Below are positions 1 to 11,358 of a stretch of 51,359 nucleotides of DNA, piece after piece. Under the pieces are notes generated by a model, which saw only the letters and a list, made by a program, of their open reading frames with translations, had not been told where the DNA came from and searched no databases. Each line of letters begins with the position of its first letter. Position 1 is the first letter of the stretch. The translations under genes and the position numbers were made by a program. Source of the DNA: Marsupella aquatica (taxonomy: Eukaryota > Plantae > Marchantiophyta); NCBI GenBank assembly GCA_973895155.1, contig OZ316895.1, positions 23,596,722 through 23,648,080 on the forward strand, in the 5' to 3' direction.

Positions 1-249
1 GCAATGATTCTTCTTCTTCCCACATCTGGGCCGATCTGAAACGCGGTTTTGATCTGCACAACAACAACATCATCTTCTTAACACATCTAGGGGTGTAACT
101 TTGTTCAGCTGTTTGTGACCAACAGGGGTGATCGACCCCCTTGCGGAGGCAGGGGCCTAGCTGGTTTACATCCCATCGATCAAGTTTTAGTGTTGTCCAA
201 TATATAGGGCATATATCATGGAGTTGGTGTGGGAGTTGGGGACACATCA

Positions 250-500
250 GAGTTGGTGACACATCACAATTTTGTAAGTTGGAGACCAAATCGATAGGAA
301 ATGTGAGTTGTTTAATTATCCCATCAACTTTGGGCATGTCCCATATGGAGTTGGCGATGTCACAGTTGTAATTTGGTCATCCTGTGAGGAGACCAAATCA
401 ATAGGAGATGTGAATTGACATTCCTATCCATAAAAGTTTGATTGTGTCCCATATGGAGTTGGTGAGGTCACAATTGTATGTTGGTTATCCTTTGACGAGA
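250..500. repeat. Degenerate tandem repeat, ~107-bp period, ~2.5 copies
   Basis: GGAGACCAAATC(G/A)ATAGGA at 281 and 388; GTCCCATATGGAGTTGG at 338 and 446. Confidence 0.7.
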
Positions 501-847
501 GCAAAATAGTCAAACATGTCGACTCCATTGGCTCACTTCACACACTTCACACACTTTGGTCTGATTCAGCTTCACACACTTGGTCTCCTTAAACCAGCAC
601 TGGCCAAGTGGCCATGTATAAGTTAGGGAGAAGTGTCCAAGAATTCCTCGTTTGTCCATATTCCACCGACTTTTGTCCTCTAAGGTTCGTTAGCTCCATG
701 ATTTCATGAAAAAAATACTTTTAATGGTAGCTTGTTGTGGTTTAAACTGGCCCCATCTCAGCCATTTTTTGAATAATTTAGATCTCCCCAGGACGGTCGT
801 TTATTATCGACCCAAAACCTAGCTAGGCTTTTCAAGAGGGGTCCTTG

Positions 848-1295
848 TAATTGCACATAAAAAAGTATGAAAAAGATACTTAGAAGAAACAACACTCGAT
901 CACTCATATAACAAAACTCCCAATTAAATAATGAGTGCTCATAAAAAAAGTAGTAGCTAGGTCATAAGTAGAAGAAACCACCCTCGCTCATATAACAAAA
1001 CAATCTAGTTTGTCGTGTTATAGAAACTTGATACGTGGTCGAAGAAACAACACTAAGTGATAGCACATGTGCTCAGACCGTGATACAAAAACTTCATCCA
1101 ACCTCTGAGCACATGCCACGTAGATCTAGATAATTGCACATAAAAAGCAAGATAGGGGGAAGAAAACACACTAAGTTATATAAGAGCACATAAAAAGCAA
1201 GATGGGAGGACGAAGACACACTCACTTATATAAGAGAACGATCTAATTTATCGTGGCATGGAAACTTCATCCAACCTGTGAGAACATGCCACGTG
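848..1295. repeat. Patchwork of degenerate direct repeats upstream of the MOT gene, including a duplicated G-box/ABRE-like motif
   Basis: TAATTGCACATAAAAA at 848 and 1131; AAACTTCATCCAACCT..GAG.ACATGCCACGT at ~1089 and ~1262. Confidence 0.6.
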
Positions 1296-1797
1296 ACAGA
1301 TTTGCAACAAGATTGACGGACAGTTCTTACAATACTGGCGGAGTTCGAAACGTAATTGTGGAAACTGGACATTTCTACGCATATGTGCTCATCGTCTAGA
1401 CTCGTAGATGCTCGTAGTGGATGACTACTAAAGACCCTTTGACATTAGGTCATTTGTATTGGAGCGCAATAATAGAACTCACTCAGCTGGACAGCCATCG
1501 TGTTCAGTTCACCCATTTGTAGAAGGTGTTTATTTGTAGAAGGTGTTTATTGAAGAGCTTTCAATGGCAGATTTTGGTATGAGAATGGTTCCAGGAGCTG
1601 AGCGATCTCACTCTCGCAGCTAGACTGTCATTAAGAGTGGTTCAGACTCAGTAGAGAGTTATTCATTAATGAGGGTGAAACTATATTATTGGCAAAACAT
1701 CAACTTCAAATTATACACCAGTGTGGCAGCTCAGTCTTGACACTAGGAGTGTTCGCCACCCAACTAATTCGGTTCAGCTTGTGGTGCGGACCTTAAC

Positions 1798-1887
1798 GTA
1801 GTGGAGAGTGTTATACAATCGAGAGTTGCCATTCTTACGGCAGTAGTGGAGAGTGTTATACAATCGGGAGTTGCCATTCTTACTGCC
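1798..1887. repeat. 45-bp tandem duplication (2 copies) upstream of the MOT ATG
   Basis: GTAGTGGAGAGTGTTATACAATCG(A/G)GAGTTGCCATTCTTAC(G/T)GC at 1798-1842 and 1843-1887. Confidence 0.9.
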
Positions 1888-2046
1888 GTAAGAGGAGAAG
1901 GTCCAGAATGTGAGTCTGATTCGAGGTCCAGCTCGAGGCCAAGTCCACCCAGTCGAAGTAATTCACTCATTTCCTGCCCACATTTCACGTGGACTGAGAT
2001 CTCGTCAGCTAAGATTGTTCGTCGGGGAGTACAGCATTCTGGTACC

Positions 2047-3573
2047 ATGGCGTCCATGGAACGAAGTACTTCGGGTGCGAGTCCGCAGTTGGTTCAAGGA
2101 GGAGGAGATCTCATCGTTAAGAAGGGGCTCAGAGCACCAGCAGCTGTTCTGTGGGGAAGTCTGAGGTCCAATTTAGCGACGAAGGCTGGGATTTGGCAAG
2201 AAATGAGTGGATCGGTAGGAGACATTGGAACATTCTTACCCATCGTGCTGGCGATGGCACTGGTGAACGGGCTGAGCTTCGGGACAACACTCATTTTCAC
2301 GGGCATTTTCAATCTCATCACGGGGGCACTCTTCGGAGTTCCCATGGCAGTGCAACCCATGAAATCCATCGCTGCCGTGGCCACTACGGAAGGAGACCAC
2401 CTCACCGTACCTCAGATCATGGCCGCCGGAATCACCACCGGCGCTCTCCTCTTCTTCCTCGGCGCCACAGGGTTGATGACCCTCGTCCAGAAAGTAATCC
2501 CATTGTCCCTCGTCCGGGGAATCCAGCTCGCTCAGGGCATTTCGTTCGGCCTCACTGCTGTCAAATACGTCGTAAAAAATCAGAGCCTCAAGACCTCGAA
2601 ATCGACCTCCGACACCGACAGAAGCTGGATGGGTTCGGACGGGCTGCTCGTCTCGTTCTCGGCGTTCTTCTTCGTGATCCTTGTCACGGGCGCCGGCGAT
2701 GGCTCGGGCAACGAGCCATATAAATGCGGGGCCAGCGTCAAAGAGAAAGACGAACAGTTTAGCGATTCTGCTCCTGGTGAGAAACTGCCGACCACCATTG
2801 AAGATGGAGACCAAGCTCTTCCGCAGAAGACGACGGATTCTCATTCAGGGCTCGAGGGATGGAGAATGCGGGCGAGATTTGTGTCAATAATTCCTACAGC
2901 TCTAGTAATCTTCGTGGCGGGAATCGTTATCGCCATAGCCAGGGACACAGGCGTGTTTCGGGGGTGGAAGTTTGGGCCCTCTCAGATCCGTGTCGTTCCC
3001 ATCTCATGGCACGACTGGAAGACGGGGTTCGTACGTGCCGCCGTGCCTCAAATCCCACTCTCGATCTTCAATTCCGTCATCGCCGTATGCAAGCTCTCGC
3101 AAGACTTGTTTCCGGAGAAGAAATTCGTAACTCCGAGTCACGTCTCCATGGGTGTGGGGCTCATGAACCTCGTCGGGTGCTGGTTCGGAGCCGTGCCGGT
3201 CTGTTACGGATGCGGGGGGCTTGCGGGGCTGTACCGATTCGGGGCGAGGACGGGGCTGTCGGTCGCCATTCTCGGGACCGTCAAGCTCCTCGTCGGTCTC
3301 GTAATGGGGAGCTCGTTGTTGAGATTGTTGAGTAATTTTCCGATCGGGCTGCTGGGAGTACTGTTGTTCTTCTCAGGGCTGGAGCTGGCAGCGGCTTGCC
3401 GCGACCAGAACAGTCGCGTCGACGCCTTCGTGATGCTGGTCGTGACATTCGTGGCCCTCGGGACTACAAACCTCACGAGCGGATTCGTTGTGGGTCTCAT
3501 GGTGTGGGTGGCAGTCAAAATCAACGAGCTTGGGATGGAAGCTCGATGGCCGCGCCCAGAGGATTTTGTGTGA
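2047..3573 (+). CDS. MOT1: Molybdate transporter, MOT1 (SULTR5-like) family, intronless, ~508 aa
   Basis: First in-frame ATG at 2047 in ACCATGG context; the ORF-track start at 1801 is GTG. Family motifs GDIGTFLPI, PMAVQPMKSIAAVA, VRGIQLAQG, QIPLSIFNSVIAVC and FGAVPVCYGCGGLAGLYRFGAR are present, with many hydrophobic segments. MOT1.1 versus MOT1.2 orthology is not resolved. Confidence 0.93.
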   Translation: MASMERSTSGASPQLVQGGGDLIVKKGLRAPAAVLWGSLRSNLATKAGIWQEMSGSVGDIGTFLPIVLAMALVNGLSFGTTLIFTGIFNLITGALFGVPMAVQPMKSIAAVATTEGDHLTVPQIMAAGITTGALLFFLGATGLMTLVQKVIPLSLVRGIQLAQGISFGLTAVKYVVKNQSLKTSKSTSDTDRSWMGSDGLLVSFSAFFFVILVTGAGDGSGNEPYKCGASVKEKDEQFSDSAPGEKLPTTIEDGDQALPQKTTDSHSGLEGWRMRARFVSIIPTALVIFVAGIVIAIARDTGVFRGWKFGPSQIRVVPISWHDWKTGFVRAAVPQIPLSIFNSVIAVCKLSQDLFPEKKFVTPSHVSMGVGLMNLVGCWFGAVPVCYGCGGLAGLYRFGARTGLSVAILGTVKLLVGLVMGSSLLRLLSNFPIGLLGVLLFFSGLELAAACRDQNSRVDAFVMLVVTFVALGTTNLTSGFVVGLMVWVAVKINELGMEARWPRPEDFV

Positions 3574-4844
3574 AGAAAGCTCAGGAGAGCAACATTGACA
3601 ATTGTGTTTCCTCCGATGTTCTACTATAGAAATGAAGATTAGCCAAACTAAGGGATGCTCCCCTTGCACGTAGCCCGACAACCATGCAACCCCATGTACG
3701 TGACACCTTTTACCCTTCTCATGGACTCTCTTCTGGTTTCGAAAACTCTAGCCTGAGTACCTTAAAATAAAGATGAAAACCCAAAACAATATTGCAAAAA
3801 AAAGAACTCTATGCTATTACTATAGTCCCTTGCCATTCATCATCTTTGCCCCATCCCTGGTTTGTGTTCAGGCACCCTCACTTTCACTTTTGTCCTTATT
3901 GACAGTTACTCTCTAGAGGCTTCACTCTAGTGAGGGTGACCAGAATTGAGGGTGAGTCACCCCTAATGTATGCATACTAGGAGTGAGTCCACCCTGGCTC
4001 CTATAGCAACGAGGTGATCAGAATTGAGGAACAGGTAGTGAGTAGCCATGGAAAGTAGCTTTGCATGACGTTTAATTTATTGGTGAGATTAAAAAAAGAA
4101 TTGATCGACCTTCAATATCTCTTTCTATCAAATATACTTGGCTCTTCTTGGGCTTCTAAGAAGCCGCTTGGAAAGATGTTTGCAAGCATTGTCTGTAATT
4201 GCTCAAGTTTTGATCGAAAATTGGTTCTTCTTGGGCTCTTTGGAAGCTGCTTAAAAAGATGTTTCCAAGCATAGTATTAGCTCCGGTTTTTAGAAGAATT
4301 GAGACTTAATTATGAATTTCTAAAAATTAGTCCGTCGGTCATTGTCTGTCCATACTTAGTTTACGCTTCCCAAATAGCATGTCACACTAACATCTCCCTC
4401 AATATCCAAACTAATCTTATTAAATTGTCAGGTTGGTTAGAAACAGCTTGGAAAGATCTTTCCAATGAGACTAGTATAGTCAATCACATTTGGAAAGATC
4501 TTTACGGACCCCCATGAGAGGTCTCTTGCAAATTCCCTGCCACGAGGTTACGCCACATCATCACAACCAGCCACAAACAGGAATGATCATACTTTTAACA
4601 ATAACAAACATGCACATTCCTGTTTGTGGCAAAAGCAACATAATTTTGGGGCCCCATGCCGTAAATATTGAACGTAAAAAAACCAAAATACAAAGGGAGA
4701 TATGTCATTTAGTAAAATAAAGTTACCATTTTGATGTTTGTCAAAAATATATCAGTGGTTTATATCAAAATGCTTGTATTTTTTAATTGTTTGCAAGCTT
4801 GAAAAAGCCAACCAATAGAAATGTACATAGTTAAAACCCCTTTG

Positions 4845-5353
4845 GCTTCACATTGTAAAACTAAATAATCAATCTCCTTAGTACTTGATAAAATTTGTCA
4901 ATGTTTGATTCATTGGAAAACTCAAAATCAAGATTTAGAAACTCGTGACCTCTTTAGTATTGTCTTGATAAAATCTCTCAATGTCACACTCATTGGAAAA
5001 CTAAAGTAAAATTAAAAACTGATCATTTCCTTAGTACTTGACAAAATCTATCAATGTTAGGTTCATTGGAAAGCTAGAGAAATTCAGATACTCATGATCT
5101 CTTTAATTCTTGACAAATAATCTCAATGTCACACATTAGAAAGCTAGAGAAATTGAAAATCTCATGATCTCTTTAGTAACGTGACAAAATCTGACGTAAA
5201 ATTTGTCAATGTCGGACTCGATCATGTTGGAAAGTTAAAAGAATTCATGGACTCATGATCAATATTTCTTATACTCACTCATTGGAAAGGCAAAGAAATT
5301 CAAAAACTCATTTGGAACTTGACAAAATTTGTCAATCTGAGGCTCATTGGAAA
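4845..5353. repeat. AT-rich degenerate minisatellite, ~70-bp unit, ~7 copies
   Basis: Recurrent CTTGA(T/C)AAAAT(T/C)T.TCAATGT...CATTGGAAA; anchors at about 4911, 4991, 5064, 5134, 5226, 5280 and 5345. Confidence 0.8.
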
Positions 5354-6639
5354 CCCTTTCTTGATTAAGAGATATCACAATCTCATCACCGTCACAATTA
5401 AACTTAGCCGTTGAAAATTTATTTCTTTGATTACATCGTCATCCCTTGTCCACAATGCTTGCTTCCCGGCTTGAATTGTTTGCATTCCTCTAGTCTTCAA
5501 CTGAAGCTCACTTTGAACACAGGTTGACGCCAAATGCAGCCTCTATGTCAAAGAAACAATCATTGGTCTCCCTCTCACACCATAGCTTTCTTAAATAAAA
5601 AAACTACAAATCCTTCATGTGAAGCGATGACTTGTTTGTTTTGTGTGTTCTTCCCACCGAATCGACAAGCGCTCTTTTGCCAATAGCTAAGTGTTGTCCT
5701 CCGGTCTGTCTTGTGGCGGTAATGCTCAATGTAACTCACAAACGATCAATCATGAATGATAGGAACACGATTTCTCTAATGTGTAAGCAAAAACCGTCAA
5801 AAAACTCAATTCCTCCATATTCAACCTTTCGTTGATAAATCTCCTCTATCTTTTGAGCGTTACTTTTTTTTTGTACGAGCACACACCAATACCATTGGGA
5901 GACTCAAAACCGTCGATTACCCGGGCGATTACCGCCTTGTTGAAAATTGATTTCACTTCATCAAATACACATTCCTTGGATGAACATGGGGGTCCACGGA
6001 TTAATTCCAATGAGACTAGTATAGTCAATCACATTTCACGGAGAATTGAGAGACCTTGAAAGTTTCCAATTCAAGATGATGGTGTCATTTTCTTACCACA
6101 TCTAACTCATCTCCCGACTCATCTGTGGTATCTGTACTATACGAGCAGAAGGACAACTTAGCTGCAGTCCATCCAGGTTGCAATCTATCCGACAAGTCTT
6201 CTGGAAATCATGGAGTTCCATCCGTGCTCCAATCTTCACCTTTAATCATTATAAATCATGATTTCAAATGCAAAAGGAAACTCAATCAATAGTAGCTAGC
6301 TCAAGAGCTAACTAAGATTGAGTAAATCTTGCCCGGGGAAGCAAGGCTGGGTGGTAACTCACTTAAATGGAGACTAATAGGTTTGGTGTAAATGTGTCTA
6401 TTAGTAACTGTTCCCTTTATGTGGGATTTCACAGATTTCCCCTTAAAATTTATTTATTTATTAAATTGAGTAAATGAACTCTAGCTAAGTAGGATTGATG
6501 GGTCTGACAGACTCTGTGATACCAGTATTATCACTGGTTCTTGCTTTGTAGACTGATGTGTGATGATCTCAACCATAAGGCGTCACTTGGATTGCAGTGT
6601 CGCAAAGTCAGCACCAAGCCGCTGCAAGCTGTCGCGATC

Positions 6640-7030
6640 CCCCCCCATCGGCGGCCAGCCCTGCCCAGCTTGCGGCCACCCACGCTGACTGGCTGGCTGG
6701 CTTGGGGCAGGGCTGGCTGGCTCCGCCCTCTGCCTCCCAGGCCCCCTTTTCCTCCCCACCTCGTGGCCCCTCCTCCTGCCCCTCCTGCCTCCCAACCCCA
6801 CTCTCCCCGGCCTCTCGCCCTCTTGCCTCTCTAACCCCGCTCTCCCCTTTTGCCCTGACTCTCCCTCCTCGCGCTCCCCCACTCAACCGTAAAACCCTGC
6901 CTCGATGACCCACCTGATCCCCGCCCTTGCCCTTGCCTGGACTTGGTCTTGCCCTTGCCTGGACTCAGTCTCGCCCTTGGACTCTGTCTTGCATTTTGGA
7001 CTTGGATCGACTCATGCCTAGACCGAGGAC
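6640..7030 (-). repeat. Strongly C-skewed low-complexity tract (G-rich on the minus strand), probably TE-derived
   Basis: Many CCC/CCCC runs and repeated GCCCTTGCCTGGACT; overlapping ORFs are Pro/Gly-rich artefacts. Confidence 0.5.
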
Positions 7031-7139
7031 CGGGTTCCTACTGGGTTTTTTTTGTCCTTGCGCATGGAGGCCGGCCTGACAAAATGCAACAATCCTCTGC
7101 CCTAACTCATCTCCAAAATTATTGGAGTTTTTTTAGTTA

Positions 7140-8767
7140 ACAACATGTTTTACTTGACAACACCTTTTACTAAGGATGTCTCATTACTTGCCCACATATT
7201 TCAATTGGCATAACCACATCTTTGACATAATGTCATCTTTTTAATACTTAACAACAGCTTTTATGCCACAGTATTGTACCTATTAACAACATCTTTTACG
7301 CCATGACATCTTTTACACAATGACATATTTTTACTTATTAATGACATCTCTGATGCCACTACATATGTTTACTTAACAGCATCTTTTATGGAAAAGTATA
7401 CGCACAGGTATTGAGCTATTAACTTCTATAATACAAGGTTGCGCCATTTTTGCCGTGGTCATCATTCAAATTTGCAGGGCACAAAAAATAAGAAATCTGG
7501 TAGAAGGAAGGAATATAAATATATAAATTTTAGTTTAGTATGAATGAAAAAGAGTCACGCCAATGTCCAAGTAGGAGGAATCAAATGGGGCGTCACTAAC
7601 ACAATGCACAAGGATAAGGAGAAAATATTGTACATACTCAATACCGTGTAGATACTCAATAGAGTGAGATAGTGCATAGTTTAGTGTAATATTGGTAAGA
7701 GTTAAATTTCAGATACTATTTTAGTCAATAAGGGACTGCATACACTAATCAAATAAAACAATAATTCTCCCAATATTTAGGATGAGTTTTTACATTCATT
7801 TTTTGCACCATTTTCACTGCCAAAAAATAAACAATTATAAGGTCTAAAGACATAGTAAAGATCATGGCACTGGCGTTGATGGCAAGGTGTTTGGCGAGGG
7901 GCACACTTTTACTTGACAACATCTTTTTACTTCACAATATTTTTCACATAACGAACCATTTGGCACCACATCATCTTTTTATTCATGACATCTTTCACAT
8001 AACAACGTCTTTCTTTCACATAACAACATCTTTGGCAAAACGACTTCTTTTTTGTTAGTTACGCCAATCTTTTACTTGACGACAACTATTTACTTGATGA
8101 CAACTTTTTACTTGACAACATGTTGGCAAAATGACTTCTTTTTTCATAACGACGTCTTTTACTTGACAACGGGCTTGACAATGTCTTCACATAACTACAT
8201 CTTTGACCTGGCAAAAAAACTTCATTGTTCTTAACAACATGGTTTTACTCCAGGACATCTTGGACGACACGACATATTTTGTGCAACGCACGGGTATTGA
8301 GCTATTTTGTACTTAACAACATTGTTATACTTAACAAAACCTTTGGCATAACACGTTATGACATCATTGGCAACACGACCTCTATTTCTTCCACAACCTC
8401 TTGGTCGAGATGACATCTTTCTTCTCAACAACCTCTTGGCCGACACGACAGCTTTTGTTCTCATCGACTTCTTGGCCGACACGACATCTTTTGTTCTCAC
8501 CGACATCTTGGCCGAGATGACATCTTTTGTTCTCACCGACATCTTGGCCGAGATGACATCTTTTGTTTTCAACGACATCTTGGGCGACACGACATCTTTT
8601 GTTCTCAACAATATCTTGGGCGACATGACATCTTTCTTCTCAACGGCCTCTTGGCCGACATGTCATCTTTCTTCTCAACGACCTCTTGGCCGACACGACA
8701 TCTTTTGTTCTCAAAAACATATTGGCTGTCGCGACATCTTTTGTGCAACGCACGGGTATTGAGCTAG
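7140..8767 (+). mobile_element. Non-autonomous Helitron 3' portion with internal minisatellite (5' end not located)
   Basis: Terminus GTGC-AAC-GCAC hairpin + GGGTATTGAG + CTAG|T at 8743-8768, matching the typical plant Helitron 3' end. Imperfect copies ending CTAT lie at 8281-8305 and 7401-7419. Confidence 0.7.
8390..8742. repeat. 36-bp minisatellite (~10 copies) made of two GACATCTT-headed subunits (19+17 bp); more decayed copies extend upstream to ~7140
   Basis: Unit GACATCTTTTGTTCTCACC-GACATCTTGGCCGAGAT; visible as a 12-aa periodicity (TSFVLTDILAEM) in the ORF track. Confidence 0.9.
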
Positions 8768-8776
8768 TATATAGTA

Positions 8777-9280
8777 AAGTCCTGTTTGCAAGGCATTGTG
8801 TGCCATAATGCCTAAATATATAAGGGCTTTGGCTCCAGTTCTAAGGGACTATCATTGTCCATAGTGCTCTGACTAGTAACAGGCCCTTAATGCACTTAGA
8901 GGCTGAAGCAAGTTTAATTTTTACTTATCTTAGTAAAAGTGGAAGAGAATTTTCATAATGAGCATCCATATTGTGATTATGTACTCTTCTCCATTAATGC
9001 CCTGAAATTACAAAGAGCAGTAAGTATGTAGTCAAGTCCTGGTGACCAGGCATTATTAGTGGACCATAACACCCCAAAATGAAGGCTCTAGCTCAATTTT
9101 TGAGAGACTACTGTTGTCCACAACCTAGTCCATAACACCCTTGTAACAGGGCATCAATACACTTAAGTGCCTAGCAATAAGTTTAACTATTTTTAGTGAA
9201 TGAAAGTAGAGAAGAAGCTTGATAGTTTCCTGGTCCAAATCTGGACTGTGCATTCTTCTCCATAAAGCACCAGAAAATGA
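8777..9280. repeat. Old tandem duplication, ~260-bp period, 2 copies
   Basis: Colinear anchors AAGTCCTG, AGGCATT, CCATAA, TTGTCCA, GTAACAGG, CACTTA, AAGTTTAA and TCTTCTCCAT occur in both 8777-9010 and 9034-9280. Confidence 0.6.
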
Positions 9281-10059
9281 TAAGGACTATTTAAGGAAAA
9301 GGACTAAGGACATCAAGTATTTAGTAGAGTATACTTAAGTACTAGATAGTCTTCAATTGTTAGAAGACAGGTAATCATCTCAATCCAGGTGCTCAATGTG
9401 GATACCACTAATCCTAGATTGCAAGATATTAGCTAGTGTTCACTAATATTGGGACCTTATAATACTATGTGTTGCCATCTTGACTGTTTAATTGTTTTGT
9501 TTTGACAAAAGGCCTATTGGATCTCACAAATGGGTCATGCCTCTTGGGCTTGCCCAGTTGTATCAGCTCCATCCATTAATTAGTATCAATATCAGAGTTT
9601 GTTTTGTATTTATAAATATGCCACGGTTTTGTATAAGGAGACAAGTCACCAATGTAACAAGGGGAACTATATAAAGAGACAAGTTCACCAAGGGGAATTA
9701 TATACTGAAATCGTGGTATATTTGTAAATACAATAAAAATAGTGGCAGCATTGTAAATTCAAATATCTTTAGTAGCAATGTACTTATAAATTGATCAATA
9801 TAATATTGATTACAGACCCCAATCATAAATTGTTGTACAACCACAATGGTAATCGTGCAATGCAAGGGCATTGGGTTATCAAACACATTAATAATATTCA
9901 ATTGGGTATGGAATGCCATGTACGTTTTTGGATGCTGTCTGTTAACAAAAACCAAGATCATCAAGAAATTGGATCCTGGGATTGGATCGTGGTATGTTGT
10001 CCACTGAAAAAACTATTTTCCATCACTGTTCAACTAGGAAAACATGGCCCCCTTGCATG

Positions 10060-11358
10060 TGACAGACTTTTGCTGCAGAAGCGAAAGTATGGCCGAGATG
10101 CCGACCCAAGTGAGCAGGAGCGCTTGTACTCCAAGCGATATGGCCCGGCAGCCCTATGGGCAAAGCTTGATTCAACTCCCGAAGACTTCCCAGTAAGTAG
10201 TGATGTCTTGGCTACGTTGTATTAACACCATTCCATAGACGTAGAGTGAAAGCGTATCTTGTGCCAACCTAGACTGAAACCGTGTCTTGTATACAGGTGG
10301 ATTGGACTGCACCAGAGGGTTTAGTAGCACGACCCATTGCAGAGGATGAGGATGCTGACACTGTCCCGCTTGAGGAGGGTACCCAGGAGGAGGCCCCGGT
10401 ACCATGTGGACAGCATGGTGGGACTTCTCGTGATCTTTTCCCTGAAGGAGGACGAGGGAGGGAGAGACGCAAGGAGGGAGATAGAGAAAGACGGAGAGAT
10501 AGAGAGAGGAGGAGGAGCAGTGGTGAGAGGCATTCCACTAGGGTACCTCGTAGCACTAGAACAACAAGAAGCAAGGCTGCGCCGGAGCCAAATAGTAGTA
10601 CCTCAGAGCAGGATGGTCAGAGGTATGAGTTACGCCGGCGAGGCGGACAGTCGGGACGTGATAGGCAATCTCAACGACATTAGCTAGGAGGTTTAATTTT
10701 GTATGTTACATCTCGGATTTGTATTCAAAACACCCATTTGTGGTGGCATATCATTCCAGGTTACAATGTGTATAATGGGAATGAATTCTATATTGAACCA
10801 GAACAACAACCCGAACCAGTCACGTACTACCATGCCTAATCACGTATTATACCGTGCCTAATCGTGTATATGTCCTGTTGTGTTACACTCTTAACTTTTC
10901 CGAACATCGTGATGGACTACGTTCCCCAATGTACGTCCGCATACAGAAGCAGATAACCATGTTATTTACTGTGTAGACCGTACCAAACGTCGTAAGAAAC
11001 ATCACACTTAACCAACTAAACTATGTTGTACCCGTTAAACGTGGTGTCTTACATGGCAATGTACAACGTATCAAACTTGGTTAAACAATGTCTAACGTCA
11101 TTTCTAGCCACGTCAATAGGCCATGTTATCAACAATGGCGCGTTGATGGTAACGTCGTCTAACACAACGTTAAGTGGAGAACGTCGCAGTCGGCGACGTT
11201 AAATACGTTATGTAAAGCTACGTTAAGAACCTCCGAGTGTACATCGTTAGTAACGTCGCTACTTAAACGTCGTTGTGTGGGACTTTTCCACACGGCGGCT
11301 GAACGTCGCAATTAACGTTTACTTGAATTACGTTAATCAGGCAGATAATGTAGTTGTG
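10060..11358 (+). mobile_element. 3' end of a CACTA/EnSpm-like DNA transposon
   Basis: Dense direct and inverted AACGTCG/ACGTTA subterminal motifs at 10980-11335 (perfect IR AACGTCGC..GCGACGTT at 11180-11200). End ...TGTAGTTGTG has reverse complement CACAACTACA, one mismatch from CACTACTACA. A spliced ORF remnant precedes it. Confidence 0.55.
10066..10683 (+). pseudogene. Last two exons (~10066-10192, 10297-10683) of a 5'-truncated gene, probably a CACTA TnpA-like ORF
   Basis: CCA|GTAAGT donor and TATACAG|GTG acceptor join two ORFs in frame (..KRKYGRDADPSEQERLY..EDFP/VDWTAPEG..), followed by an acidic then Arg-rich tail. No upstream exons found. Confidence 0.5.

Noticed and set aside
1801-2046. 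82-codon N-terminal extension of MOT shown in the ORF track
   Set aside because: It starts at GTG, includes the 45-bp duplication and shows no family similarity; the ATG at 2047 has good context.
6541-6913. Pro-rich or Gly/Arg-rich proteins on both strands
   Set aside because: A by-product of extreme C/G strand skew; no domain or splice support.
7440-7877. MITE interrupting the Helitron repeats
   Set aside because: Only a weak, gapped inverted match (GCGCCATTTTTGCCGTGGTC versus GATCATGGCACTGGCGT) and no TSD found.
8231-8762. ORFs of 131 and 134 aa with 12-aa repeats
   Set aside because: Translations of the 36-bp minisatellite, open on both strands only because the unit length is a multiple of three.
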